This document shows positions 54,701 through 64,000 of a DNA stretch of 64,000 bases, one piece after another. Location of the stretch: NCBI GenBank assembly GCA_000002445.1, contig CP000070.1, forward strand, positions 1,184,001 to 1,248,000. Reading direction: 5' to 3'. The position numbers and the translations under genes are program-made. How positions within the stretch are numbered: the stretch's first letter is position 1; each line of letters begins with the position of its first letter. The notes beneath the pieces were generated by a model that was given only the letters and a program-made list of their open reading frames with translations, searched no databases and was not told where the DNA came from. The stretch comes from Trypanosoma brucei. Its lineage: Eukaryota.

Positions 54701-57700
54701 AAATGAGCTAAACCGACAACTTCAAGCATCTCCCCTGTGAACGCAACCCAGTTGCCGCAGTCAGACCCCAACCTCCAGTGGACAATGACAAGAAATACTT
54801 CTGCAAAAGAAGCTGTACAGACGGCAAAGGGGTACATTGGGGGTGTAGACGGAGAGAGAGACTTTTTACCCGCATGATCCTACTTGACAACGTGTCACAC
54901 CGTCAAGGGAACGCTTAAAAAATGCAGCGTATGCTATTTCAGTCGTGATTTACAATATCTATTTCCCCCTCCTTTCCAGCTCCTGCAGCAACGGACAATG
55001 AGTAAATATTACAAGGGCAGCCATCTTTGTCGAGATCGCACAGAACCCTTTAACGTCGGTGGTGCATAACACCCCACCCCTTCCTTCCCCACGAACTAGC
55101 GGATGCACACGTACCTCATTATACTGAACAGTTCAAGATCCACCACCTAAGAAGCGCTAAAACAAAAAGAAATGGGTGTGGGACCGCACCAATCGAAACG
55201 ATCTTTTCAAACTGAGAAAGGTGATTGAAAGGCCCCAATACATTACGAGTGCGGTTATCTGCACCAAGCTGCGTTGACGGGAACCGCTGGCGGCAAACGA
55301 CGAGGAAAGAAAGTGGCCAAAAGCACTAATGCATCGGGCATGAATAGGGAGGGGGTGATCCCACGAACCGATCACCAAAAAAGGGAACGACGTCACTTCG
55401 ACGTCGTTCTCTTTCGCCACACACGCCCACGCGCATCCCCGGATAAAAAATAAGATTGAACAAAAATGAAAGGGAAGGAGGGAAAAGGAGAAGGGCAACG
55501 ACGAGCCGCAGCGCATAGCAAAAGTGAGCCTCCATAAGACAGATGTGTGAAAAGGGGAGACCACCCAGTGGCCAATACTACCGTCCCCAAAACGAGGGCT
55601 GTACTGCCAGCACCACGCCACACTAGTGGGAGCTGACGGCACTCGGACACACCGCCATGCGCAGGTCCCGGGGCTAAGCCGGTTTTTAGGCCGCTTTCTG
55701 CAAAACCTGAACGAGTAGTGGGGGCTTAAGTCCACCCCTACCAGCAAAGGGCGGCGCTTTTGGTCACTTCGAGGCACCGGGAACCACCATTGGACATGTT
55801 ATTTCCGGCCCCCCGTCCATTAGCCTTCTGGGGCCTCAAAAATAGACAACAGCCGCCACCCCGGACGCGCGTTTTGGAATCTAAGCGCAAAGGGGCTGCC
55901 GCAGAAACCGGGTTGACATCGGTATTGGGGTCACAACGGTGGTTTAAAAGAGTGATCCCTCAGCGGGCCCTTGCCTAAATAAAAAGAAAACCGAATCGCG
56001 CCGGCGCTCGTCGAGCAAAGCTTCGCCTTTGCGGAGAGGCACCCGGCTGAACGAGTTGTTGTTGGGTTATATTCCGAGAATTTTGCAGGGGGTGGCTTCT
56101 TCGGGTCATAACATATGTACCCCACTTCCTCCTAGGATGGGTGTGTAATTTGACTGGAGAGTCGGGGAACATGAGCAGGGTGTTTTGTGTTCCACCGGTC
56201 AGGGGGCCGGGTTCTTTTTTTCATAAACGTCTATAGGTACGGGGTGTCTATTTTTGGGAGGAGTGCGTAGCCTGTTCCCTTATAGGCGTCCACGCAACTT
56301 CAGGCGAAAAATGCGGAAGAGAAAAAAAGAGGGTTGAACGACAGCGGCTTTTTACCTTTCGCTGAATATCGTTTCGTGAACTGTGTATAGTAGAGTTTCT
56401 GAATTTTTGGTCTCGCTACACTGTGTCATTTTAGCGAAATGAACTACGCAACGGTGTGGGCTTTGTTTTACATGCAGACGACAGCCGTGCCACCCGGCAT
56501 GTACCTGACGCACTTGACGGACCGCTGTCTCCTGGCCATTCCCTCATGTTACGGTGGCAACGTGTGGGGGAAAAGGTGGCGCTAGCCGTCGCGGCTCGCA
56601 CGGAGTTGAGATGTTGTGCAACTCGAAAACCAGCCACTTCCGTTTGTACAGCGTGGTTCTTGTAGGGGGACAAATGGTTGTTTATTTATACATTTAAGTG
56701 GCACATCAAAAGGATATGCGCGGCAGGGTTGTTCAGCCTCTTTGACAAGTACCCACAGCGGGAAACGCTTTTCGTTCCCCCTTTAAATGCGGTGCCTCCC
56801 AAAAACTGAGACGAAGGTCACTCGTGTGTGTGCATCCCTTCTCAATTTTCAAATGGTTAGCGGAAGTACGTCGCAGTCGAAAATGAGAACTGCTTCTGCC
56901 AACAAGAAACCCAACCGGGACACAAAATCGTACCACGAGTGAACGCTCAGTGGCCCGGGTAGTACTCAGCTTCTACCTTTTTATTTATGCGGGAAGGTTT
57001 AACGGCTGTGCTCCGTCTTTGCACCGCTGTTATTTCGTTGGGGGGAAAGTTTAAGGGGGGAAACTACAAAGTCTTTCAGAGAATAGGATGCTTTGGAACA
57101 CTTTCCTACCTTTGAACTATCTGTAATGGTAAGGATGTTGGGAAGAGGACTTGGGAGGGAATTTCGACCGTTTTGTTTGGAGAGCGCAGTGACGCTAAGA
57201 CAAAGGAGCCGTTGCAAAGGACGCGCCAAATAGCATTTAAATCCTGGGTGTAAAACGCGGGGTCATGTGCTTGCTCTGCTAAGTTTAATTTAATTTGTGC
57301 ACACACGCTCATGTGCATGACAATCCAATGGGTTTGAACCTTTCGGTTGATGTGAGAAGACAGAACAGAAAGTGCCGGGTGGAACCACCAATTTTTATAA
57401 CCAACGGCGCGCCACTGGGTCTACGGATGTGCCTGCAAGTTAGCAATCTGTAGAGTGTCCGTGGTGAAGTAGCAGCTGTCGTTTCAAAACTTTAAAATTC
57501 TCTGCTGAATATGTTGTACGATAGCGATGTGGAAACGTGTCATGTTATCTTGTGCCGTTTATCACACTGACAATGCAATAAGGTTCGCCAACAATTCACT
57601 GCGAAACTAAACTAGCACAACGTCATCAAAGGTGAAGCGCTAGGGGTACGTACGTGTTTTTCGTGGGAAACCATGTTTGCGTGAATTTCAGCAACACAAT

Positions 57701-59930
57701 TGGTGTGTTCGATGAAACAATTCCATTGAAGTTAGTAACTGTTGCCTCTTACAGATTTGTTGAGGGACACAAGACACGTCGTACCGTCCGAAATTACTAT
57801 GCCTTCAGCTGAGCTAAAGGGGACTTATGCGACGCTCCCTATATTATTGGTGATTTTTTCTTTAAAGTTTATGAAAGGTAAAATCTGTTACCTTTTGTTA
57901 ATTGGGGAGCTGGGGACAGAAATTTTGTGTGGGTTATACAAGTCGTTTTGACGGAGATGTTAAGCATTACTACAGCTTTGATATACGCACACTGCTGTTT
58001 TCGATTGACGTGTGAAAACAGAGTGGCATGGCGTTGGGCAGTATAGCAAGCAGTAACACATCAGTTCTCGTCGTGAAGCGGTTACTCGTCGCCGTTACTT
58101 GACATCCACCCACTGTATACACAACAGTCTACCCGTTATCCTTACAAGAGCAGTTGTTCTGACCTTATCATGTGACTGTGATAGGGGCATTCTGTTATTC
58201 ATCTTGCAAAATTTTCGGACCGCCGCCAAGTGACTTCTCCAAGAAATAATTGGAACACACCTCCACAGAAGTTGATGATCATTTATTTATTTATTTAAAA
58301 TCACGTCACAATCAGAGGAGATGTGCAGATGCGGCAGTAGGGTAGTTGAGTTTTATTTCATGTTGACACCGAGGCACTTCAACTGCGCGAGAAGAAAATA
58401 CTTAAGATGTAGTCTCGTGCTCCAAACTAGTTTGCATAATCAGTGAGAAGTATTGTGCAGATTGTGGTAGCGTTTTTTTTCTAATAAAAAAACCGCTGGG
58501 GTGCCCACTACTTGTGTGTACTTGATTTGATTTGGCAACTGCCAACACTGTTTGTGAAGATGGTGGCAGTTAGGAGTTGTTCGTGTACGATCAGCTCACT
58601 GAATTTTTAACGCGATACCCGTTGTGCACACCGATTCAAGTAGAAAATGGGTGACGGCAACACCAACACGTTGCGGAACCGACGTTTGTCGGTGATGGAC
58701 GATGGTTTTGCGATTCCACATGCCGTTAAACGTTACTACTCAATGCTTTGATAACAGAGGCATTGTCTTTGCTTGAAAGGTACCGCTACTGTTCTTAACC
58801 TTACATAACTAATTATCGGCCGTCTGTTTGTATTTGTTTTCAGCTTGTCCAAATCGGTTTTTGTGAGGGTGTCGTGCGATGTTGCACTCTAACACACTTG
58901 ATCTAACAACGGCTGCTGTTGTCGTTTCCGTTTTGGTGCCGATCCTGCACCTCTTCGAAAAATATGTTGAGGGGCAGACAACAGCGTAGACAAAGGCGTG
59001 GTTATGCCTGATATGTGCTTATATTTTAAAAAATGCCAGCAACTGTCGTCACCCCTTTAACTTGGTGGGCCGCCGGCGCCAAGTGGTTTAATACTCGTCT
59101 TGGCGTAGGTAATGCATATTGGTATTTGCTGCTCAATGTAAACGAGCACGTTGCTGTAAGCCGTTGTTACGACCAGCATCAGGGCATGACGACTAAATTC
59201 TGAATCCCCTCTCGCTGTGTAATTGATTTCCGTGCATTTGAGAGCCGGCGCAGCTTACCGTTAACAAACGTTCACATACTCAGCCTTCTTACAGCTGTAG
59301 AATAAGTCTAGTAACGAACACTAAAGTAACACGAAAGCACAAAAAAATGCTGGTGATATCTTTTCTTTTCGGTGCCGCGAGCAACTGACCTTAAGCCGCC
59401 AGTCGAGCTTTGAGTAAAGAAGGGCAGTCGCATGAACATTACAATTTGTCCGAATTTGTTTCCTTTGTTACCACAAGTTATTTGTTGCAGTGGTCACTTG
59501 GTGAGCGGTATTCGTTTTATGATGAATGCTGTTGTTGTTTTTTTTTTGTTACTTCTCTCGAAGCCTTTGCTCACGAAGAAAATACCCAAGCTTACTCGAA
59601 TTTTGTTTTGCCATTGGCGGTTACCGGGGCCACAAAGCTCGAAAGGCACAACGTGAAGGATATAGGGGGGGGGGCATATTTATGTCCGTGATGGAGTCCA
59701 TCAACGAACCAAGACCCGTTTGCATCCCTATTTTACTCAGCCTTCGGATTTGTTCGAGGTGCAGACTCAATGCGCCAGTTTATTTATTTATGCTTATTTA
59801 CTAGATTTCTTCTAAGACGTTGGGAGGGTGCCACTCCCGGAATGATACCTTTCAATATCTCCTGGCAATGGCATTGCATACAAGAACGAAGCTAACGCTA
59901 CTCTATACCCCACTTCTCTCTCATCAACTT
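54700..59930. other. about 5.2 kb stretch with no convincing CDS and atypical composition (balanced GC, few polyY or microsatellite tracts); candidate transcription-unit boundary or degenerate retroelement
   Basis: The only ORFs here are short, W/C/R-rich and mutually overlapping (for example 55157..55777). There is no listed ORF of 60 aa or more between 57951 and 59410. The GT-rich plus-strand segment at about 58400-58900 differs from all other spacers in the window, which are CT- or A-rich. Confidence 0.5.
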
Positions 59931-59974
59931 TATTGTGTTCCACGTCTTGCGCAATTGCTGTTTGTAGGTGCAAG

Positions 59975-60241
59975 ATGGGAAAGCAAAAGAAGCGGCTTCC
60001 AAAGCAAAAGCGGAAAGTCCCTATGGCAGAGCGCTCCCGTAAGCTAACAAAAAAGGGAAAACTTAAACGCCGACGCGGTGACCTGAAAATGGTCCACAAT
60101 CTCGATGTCAGTTTCCCCGTGAAGCAAAAGAAAGGTGGAAAGTGGGTGAGAACGGGTGAGCGCCGCTGCAACGTACACACGGTTTGCAATTGTGTTAACC
60201 GCACGGATCCCACCAAAATGGCACGAGTGACGAATCGTTGA
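59975..60241 (+). CDS. candidate small basic protein (88 aa) on the plus strand, hypothetical
   Basis: ATG at 59975-59977 (MGKQKKRLPKQKRKVPMAERSRKLTKKGKLKRRRGDLKMVHNLDVSFPVKQKKGGKWVRTGERRCNVHTVCNCVNRTDPTKMARVTNR). The track start at 59933 is TTG. A plus-strand polypyrimidine tract (ctctataccccacttctctctcatcaactttattgtgttcc) followed by AG lies immediately upstream. This is the only gene-like element on the plus strand in the window. It could be spurious. Confidence 0.3.
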   Translation: MGKQKKRLPKQKRKVPMAERSRKLTKKGKLKRRRGDLKMVHNLDVSFPVKQKKGGKWVRTGERRCNVHTVCNCVNRTDPTKMARVTNR

Positions 60242-61992
60242 GGACCCACCCAACACACCTGGAGATAGCAGTAAAGTGTGTTTTCCCTGCAGTGTCAGAC
60301 GTGCGCCTTCCACCGCTCACGGAAAGCGTTATGTTCCCCACGTAAGGGAAGAGGCCGCGTACGCGTACGTGGCTCAGGTGCCGTCACCTCGTCGGCCATA
60401 CGCACAAAGCACCCGCAGTCACAACTCTGCGGTCAACCGTGCACCCCCGTACTAACCCATTGGCCAACCATCTCACCGCGTACCTTTTTACTTATTCAGT
60501 CCTTTTTTTTTTCTTGGTTTTAGAGTTCACTATGTAAAGGCGGTGCGCAAGCCAGTGTAGTATTCGGCGGGGATTCGAATGCGGGGAGGCTCCAAGACAG
60601 CAACCCAGCAGCAGCGGCTCGGCTGGAGGAGAACTGGAGAGGGGAAGGGAAGGGGGCGGCGCGGAAGCATCGCGGCAGCGTGGGTCTCCAAGGCTGACGT
60701 TTAGGAGGTCCGCCACGAACCCGGCACCTGTTCCCGACACACACGCGGGATTTAGAGGCAACACCCCCGCCCCGTGGATTTAGGAAGTATTGGGGAATAT
60801 GCTCTAACTGGTAAAATAAAAGGGGAGCAAGGAGGTAACCTCTGGAAAGGCGATGGAAACTGTTTTCCGGGTGGCATAACCGACGTTTGGACAGAAGGGG
60901 CGCCCAAAGAGGAAGGCGATACGGGACGAAGGAACGAAGAGATAAACCGCCCACGCGGCCACCCAGGGGAAAGGGAAACCTAACTCACTGAAAATTTATT
61001 TCAAGAAGCCAGCAGCCACGCGAGCACGGGCCCTCTGGACACATAAGTTTCTCGCTTTTAGAAACTGGCAACTGAGAAAACATTTCAACTCGCATGGAGA
61101 GTTTGTCTTTCCAAAGAGGCGCGAAATTTGGGGACTGTATATGGGGGAGGAGGGCTTGGGCGCAAGGCACCGGTGTAATAGAAGGTAGGAAAGCACAACC
61201 CGGACCGTGAGCAAGATTCGCCAAGCGCGGTTCAACTCCTCCGTTGTTTCCGCACTGAAAGCGGTCGGTCACAAGCTCTCGCCCCGGCGCGCGCCGGTGG
61301 CGGTTTGTGGCTGCTCTTGTGATCCGTCGGTGGTTTAGGTGATGCGTTTTACTTCTCAAACGCGCCGTCGCCCACATTTGAATCTACCTGCCTAAACAAT
61401 TGAAAGAACAGAAGGAAACGCGCAGATGGCAGCGAAGAGACCACCGGCTTAGCGCCTCGCAGTCCGCGCATCACCCCACTTCCGACCGCATTCAAAGTGG
61501 AATTTAGCAATTCTTCTTTCACACCCCTGCCGACACACAAAAAGAAAATAATAGTAATATTGACAATAATGATAATGATGAACAACCCGGGAATATAGTC
61601 AACGTGTGGCTAAAAAATAAATAAATAAAAGGGACCCTCGCACGAACACACAAGACAGCGCGTCCGAAGATTTTCGGCGACGGTTTGTGCGTCTGCGACC
61701 GAATATTCAATCCACTGTTAATCATCCTCCACACCCTCCTACTTTAACCACATCGTTTCTGTTTCAAAAGTCAACCCCTTTTTCGTTTCACATTTTTATC
61801 CATTACATGTTTCCCCCTTAATGCGCGGACCCTCACCTCGTAGCTCGGTTTACTTTAATTCATTTTACCCCCACGCACCTATTTTCCCCAGACGATCCCG
61901 TTTTCTTTCCTTCTTTTTATCCCCCCTCTTCCCGTTCCCCGCTCGCTCGTTAACGCTCGCTCCGTCGATAACATTAATTTTTCGCACGAGAC

Positions 61993-62244
61993 TCACTTTG
62001 TCGCTTCGTTTCGGACTTCCTTGACGGCCTTAAGGACGTTCTTCGGTAGTTTGGCGGTGGCAAATATGAGGTTGGTGCGGCGGTCCAACTCCGACTTCAA
62101 CTCATCCACCCTCCCCGATTCCTCCTTCTCGTCCCGCCTTCCACCGGCGCCTCCCGCTTGCGGTTTCGGAGCGCGACCCGCGTCCTGCGCATCTCCCCTG
62201 CTGCCGCCGGCTTGGGGCTTTGCTGCTCCGCCTCGTCCCTTCAT
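61993..62244 (-). CDS. candidate small protein (83 aa) with G/A/P/Q-rich N-terminus and conserved-looking C-terminal helix
   Basis: ATG at 62242-62244 (MKGRGGAAKPQAGG...VDELKSELDRRTNLIFATAKLPKNVLKAVKEVRNEATK). A same-sized plus-strand ORF (62021..62320) overlaps it. I prefer the minus strand from composition and local strand context. Confidence 0.3.
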   Translation of the reverse strand: MKGRGGAAKPQAGGSRGDAQDAGRAPKPQAGGAGGRRDEKEESGRVDELKSELDRRTNLIFATAKLPKNVLKAVKEVRNEATK

Positions 62245-63230
62245 TTCTCCTTTGAATTGTAAATGGCACGCGGTTATTCAATTGATGTGTTTGGATAATG
62301 TGTCCGATACGCCCAATTAATTAATATTATAAGCTAGACGGTGTGAATTGCCGCGTATAACCAACTGGGCAGATGAAACTGCGCGCTTGCTTCCTTTTTC
62401 GGATGCGTGTATGTCTTAACTGACGCTTTTGCCTTCTCGATATAAAGATGATGGGCTCATGGTACAGCGCACGGGCGACAGGGAGGCCATGACAGTGTGA
62501 ACGGCCATGGATGGGTGTCAGCGGCGACACAAAAACAAAACAACAACAAGTGATTGGCAAAGAGGAAGGGGAGGGGACGGAAAGAAATACGGAATAAATT
62601 GTGAAAATCGTGAAGGCCCGCCGCTTTCACATCCATAATCCCAACGCATTTCCACAAAAAAGACCACAGTACTCGGTAACGCAGGGAACGTTCAGGCTTC
62701 AGCCGATGCAAGCAATACGAATTTAAAAACACAGAGAACCTCTTTCAGCAAGGTGAAAACGCGACGAGTCCACGTGAAGACAAAAAAAAGGGCAATAAAC
62801 CACACAACAAAGTGCAAGGGATGGTTTCGCACACGGTGAATCACCTTATCATTCGACTAGGGCGCAAAAATTAACAACAATACCAACTTTCCCCCCTTTA
62901 AAGAATGAGGGGGAAAAAAAAAGAAACACCCCTCCTCCCTCTTTTCCGCGCCTCTTTATTATGGGGCCAAAAAACACATATACCTCACCTCCGGTGTTGG
63001 TCAAAGCTTTTAAGACCCCCTGACGGGAGCAACAACGACTGCAAAGAGACGGTAAACACACAAGAAGAGTGAAGAAGAAATGACAAAAGGGGAAAGGGAG
63101 GAACAAAACGCACTAAACATGGGCATGTATGCCCCAAAATCTCCTCCCGCCCAGCCACCCGGAAAAGCACAGAAACTCGGGTGACGGCATGCACGTCGCG
63201 CGGAAGAAGAGGGAAGAAAAAGAGTCCTGT

Positions 63231-63983
63231 TCAAGAGTCCGCGAAAGCTTGAAGCTCCCGCTCACTGAAACCCGATGCAATACGTTTGTGGTAGCATATT
63301 GTCCTACAAAACTGCCTCAACGCCATTGACCCCAGAACAAACAACACAATGACCATCAACACTATGGAACTTAAGAGAATAATGTAGAAGGGTTTCTCAT
63401 TCCTTTCCGGTGGGACCGGGGGCGGTGGTGGCGTAGGGCCGGGTTCTGGTCCTGGTTTTGGCCCAGGTGGAGGTTGTAACCCCGAAATGGCAACCTTAGC
63501 CGCTTCATTTCCCGCCGCCACTGCCATCGGTACCTGCTGCGCTGCTCCCTGGCGGGCCTCACTCGCGGCGCCGACAATACCCTCCAACTCCCGTAATAAT
63601 TTCTCAGTCTCGGTGAGGTTCGCCCGTATGGTCGGGTCTTTCACAAACGGTAGCGCCCGTTGCATGGCGTCATTCAGCGAGTCTGCTGTGACGTTCTTTC
63701 TCTCCCTCTTGTTACATTTGTCAGTGACGTGCTGCCTAAACGAAACCTCCGCATCATCCACTAAGTGCTTGAGATACCCGTTCGCCACCTCAGCGCACTG
63801 CACAACACGCACTGCGGCATCCTTGAACTGCGACCACAGTCCTCGGACCCTTTGGATTTCTTCGTTACACAGAACGATTGCAGTTCTTACTTTGTTAAAC
63901 GCGGCCAAAACAACTTCAATAGCTTCAGCTGACTGTGAGGAAGCCGCCCGCAGCACGGCGGCGTAGGCCTTTCGTACTTCCAT
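63231..63983 (-). CDS. single-pass membrane protein, possibly N-terminally truncated by the window end (proline-rich stalk + TM + short cytoplasmic tail)
   Basis: ATG at 63981-63983, but the frame stays open to the window edge at 64000. PPPGPKPGPEPGPTPPPPPVPPE stalk, TM helix FYIILLSSIVLMVIVLFVLGSMAL, then a basic tail RQFCRTICYHKRIASGFSERELQAFADS. The antisense ORF 63487..63966 is low quality. Confidence 0.45.
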   Translation of the reverse strand: MEVRKAYAAVLRAASSQSAEAIEVVLAAFNKVRTAIVLCNEEIQRVRGLWSQFKDAAVRVVQCAEVANGYLKHLVDDAEVSFRQHVTDKCNKRERKNVTADSLNDAMQRALPFVKDPTIRANLTETEKLLRELEGIVGAASEARQGAAQQVPMAVAAGNEAAKVAISGLQPPPGPKPGPEPGPTPPPPPVPPERNEKPFYIILLSSIVLMVIVLFVLGSMALRQFCRTICYHKRIASGFSERELQAFADS

Positions 63984-64000
63984 CTCCGCTATTGCCCCGC

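Noticed and set aside
55157-55777. 206-aa minus-strand ORF and nested ORFs in the island
   Set aside because: Trp/Cys/Arg/Phe-rich with three mutually overlapping frames (55326..55535, 55393..55650). It looks like chance ORFs in GC-balanced non-coding DNA. No reverse-transcriptase or other motif recognised.
54700-59930. rRNA or SL RNA locus
   Set aside because: The characteristic 18S 5' end (GATCTGGTTGAT...CTGCCAG) and SL RNA sequences are absent, so I do not call an rRNA or SL gene. An rDNA-spacer-like or retroelement origin is still possible and is listed as a finding to test.
60550-60600. Possible tRNA (GGATTCGAAT resembles a reverse-complement B box)
   Set aside because: I could not build a 5-bp T stem around a 7-nt loop on either strand, and no A-box or acceptor pairing is evident. 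Other AGTGG or GGTTC hits (56945, 57335, 44660) also fail to fold as tRNAs.
1-64000. Prokaryotic interpretation (operons, novel defence system)
   Set aside because: All convincing genes are on one strand over more than 50 kb. Spacers are 0.3-2.5 kb of polypyrimidine, (TA)n and (CA)n. There are no RBS-like motifs. The proteins are eukaryotic (MYST HAT, SNF2, PX, CH, ARF-like, RRP4), and JBP2 is kinetoplastid-specific. This is a trypanosomatid polycistronic unit.

Overview
This 64 kb window reads as nuclear DNA from a kinetoplastid, most likely Trypanosoma brucei or a close relative, and not as prokaryotic DNA. The convincing genes are long, intron-less ORFs that almost all lie on the minus strand, separated by 0.3-2.5 kb spacers. 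Those spacers carry polypyrimidine tracts followed by AG dinucleotides (trans-splicing style), (TA)n/(CA)n microsatellites and long CT-rich low-complexity blocks. There are no Shine-Dalgarno or operon signals. I call about 22 minus-strand CDSs between 1.4 and 54.4 kb. Several are recognisable by motif. They include the base-J biosynthesis enzyme JBP2 (a JBP-type thymidine hydroxylase fused to a SWI2/SNF2 ATPase), a MYST histone acetyltransferase and an inosine-uridine type nucleoside hydrolase (DTDCGGDD motif). Also present are a bL12-type mitochondrial ribosomal protein, a HIT hydrolase, the exosome subunit RRP4, two J-domain proteins, a PX-domain protein and an ARF-like GTPase. The remaining motif-level calls are a cNMP-binding-like protein, a vWA protein, a CH-domain protein, a DUF218 protein and a 37-copy MAAVPQPP tandem-repeat protein. 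From memory of gene order (HAT1 next to IG-NH, then JBP2 and RRP4 nearby) this resembles T. brucei chromosome 7, but that is recollection and was not searched. The supplied ORF track treats GTG and TTG as start codons, so I trimmed several N-termini to the first ATG I could confirm in the sequence. The most unusual stretch is about 7.5 kb of gene-poor, compositionally atypical DNA (54.7-62.0 kb) between RRP4 and the next minus-strand genes. It contains a GT-rich segment, a GC-rich block and one plausible plus-strand small-protein gene with its own polypyrimidine-AG signal. My reading is a transcription-unit boundary, either an internal start/termination zone or a short opposite-strand unit, or a degenerate retroelement. 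I cannot decide between these without searches or epigenomic data.
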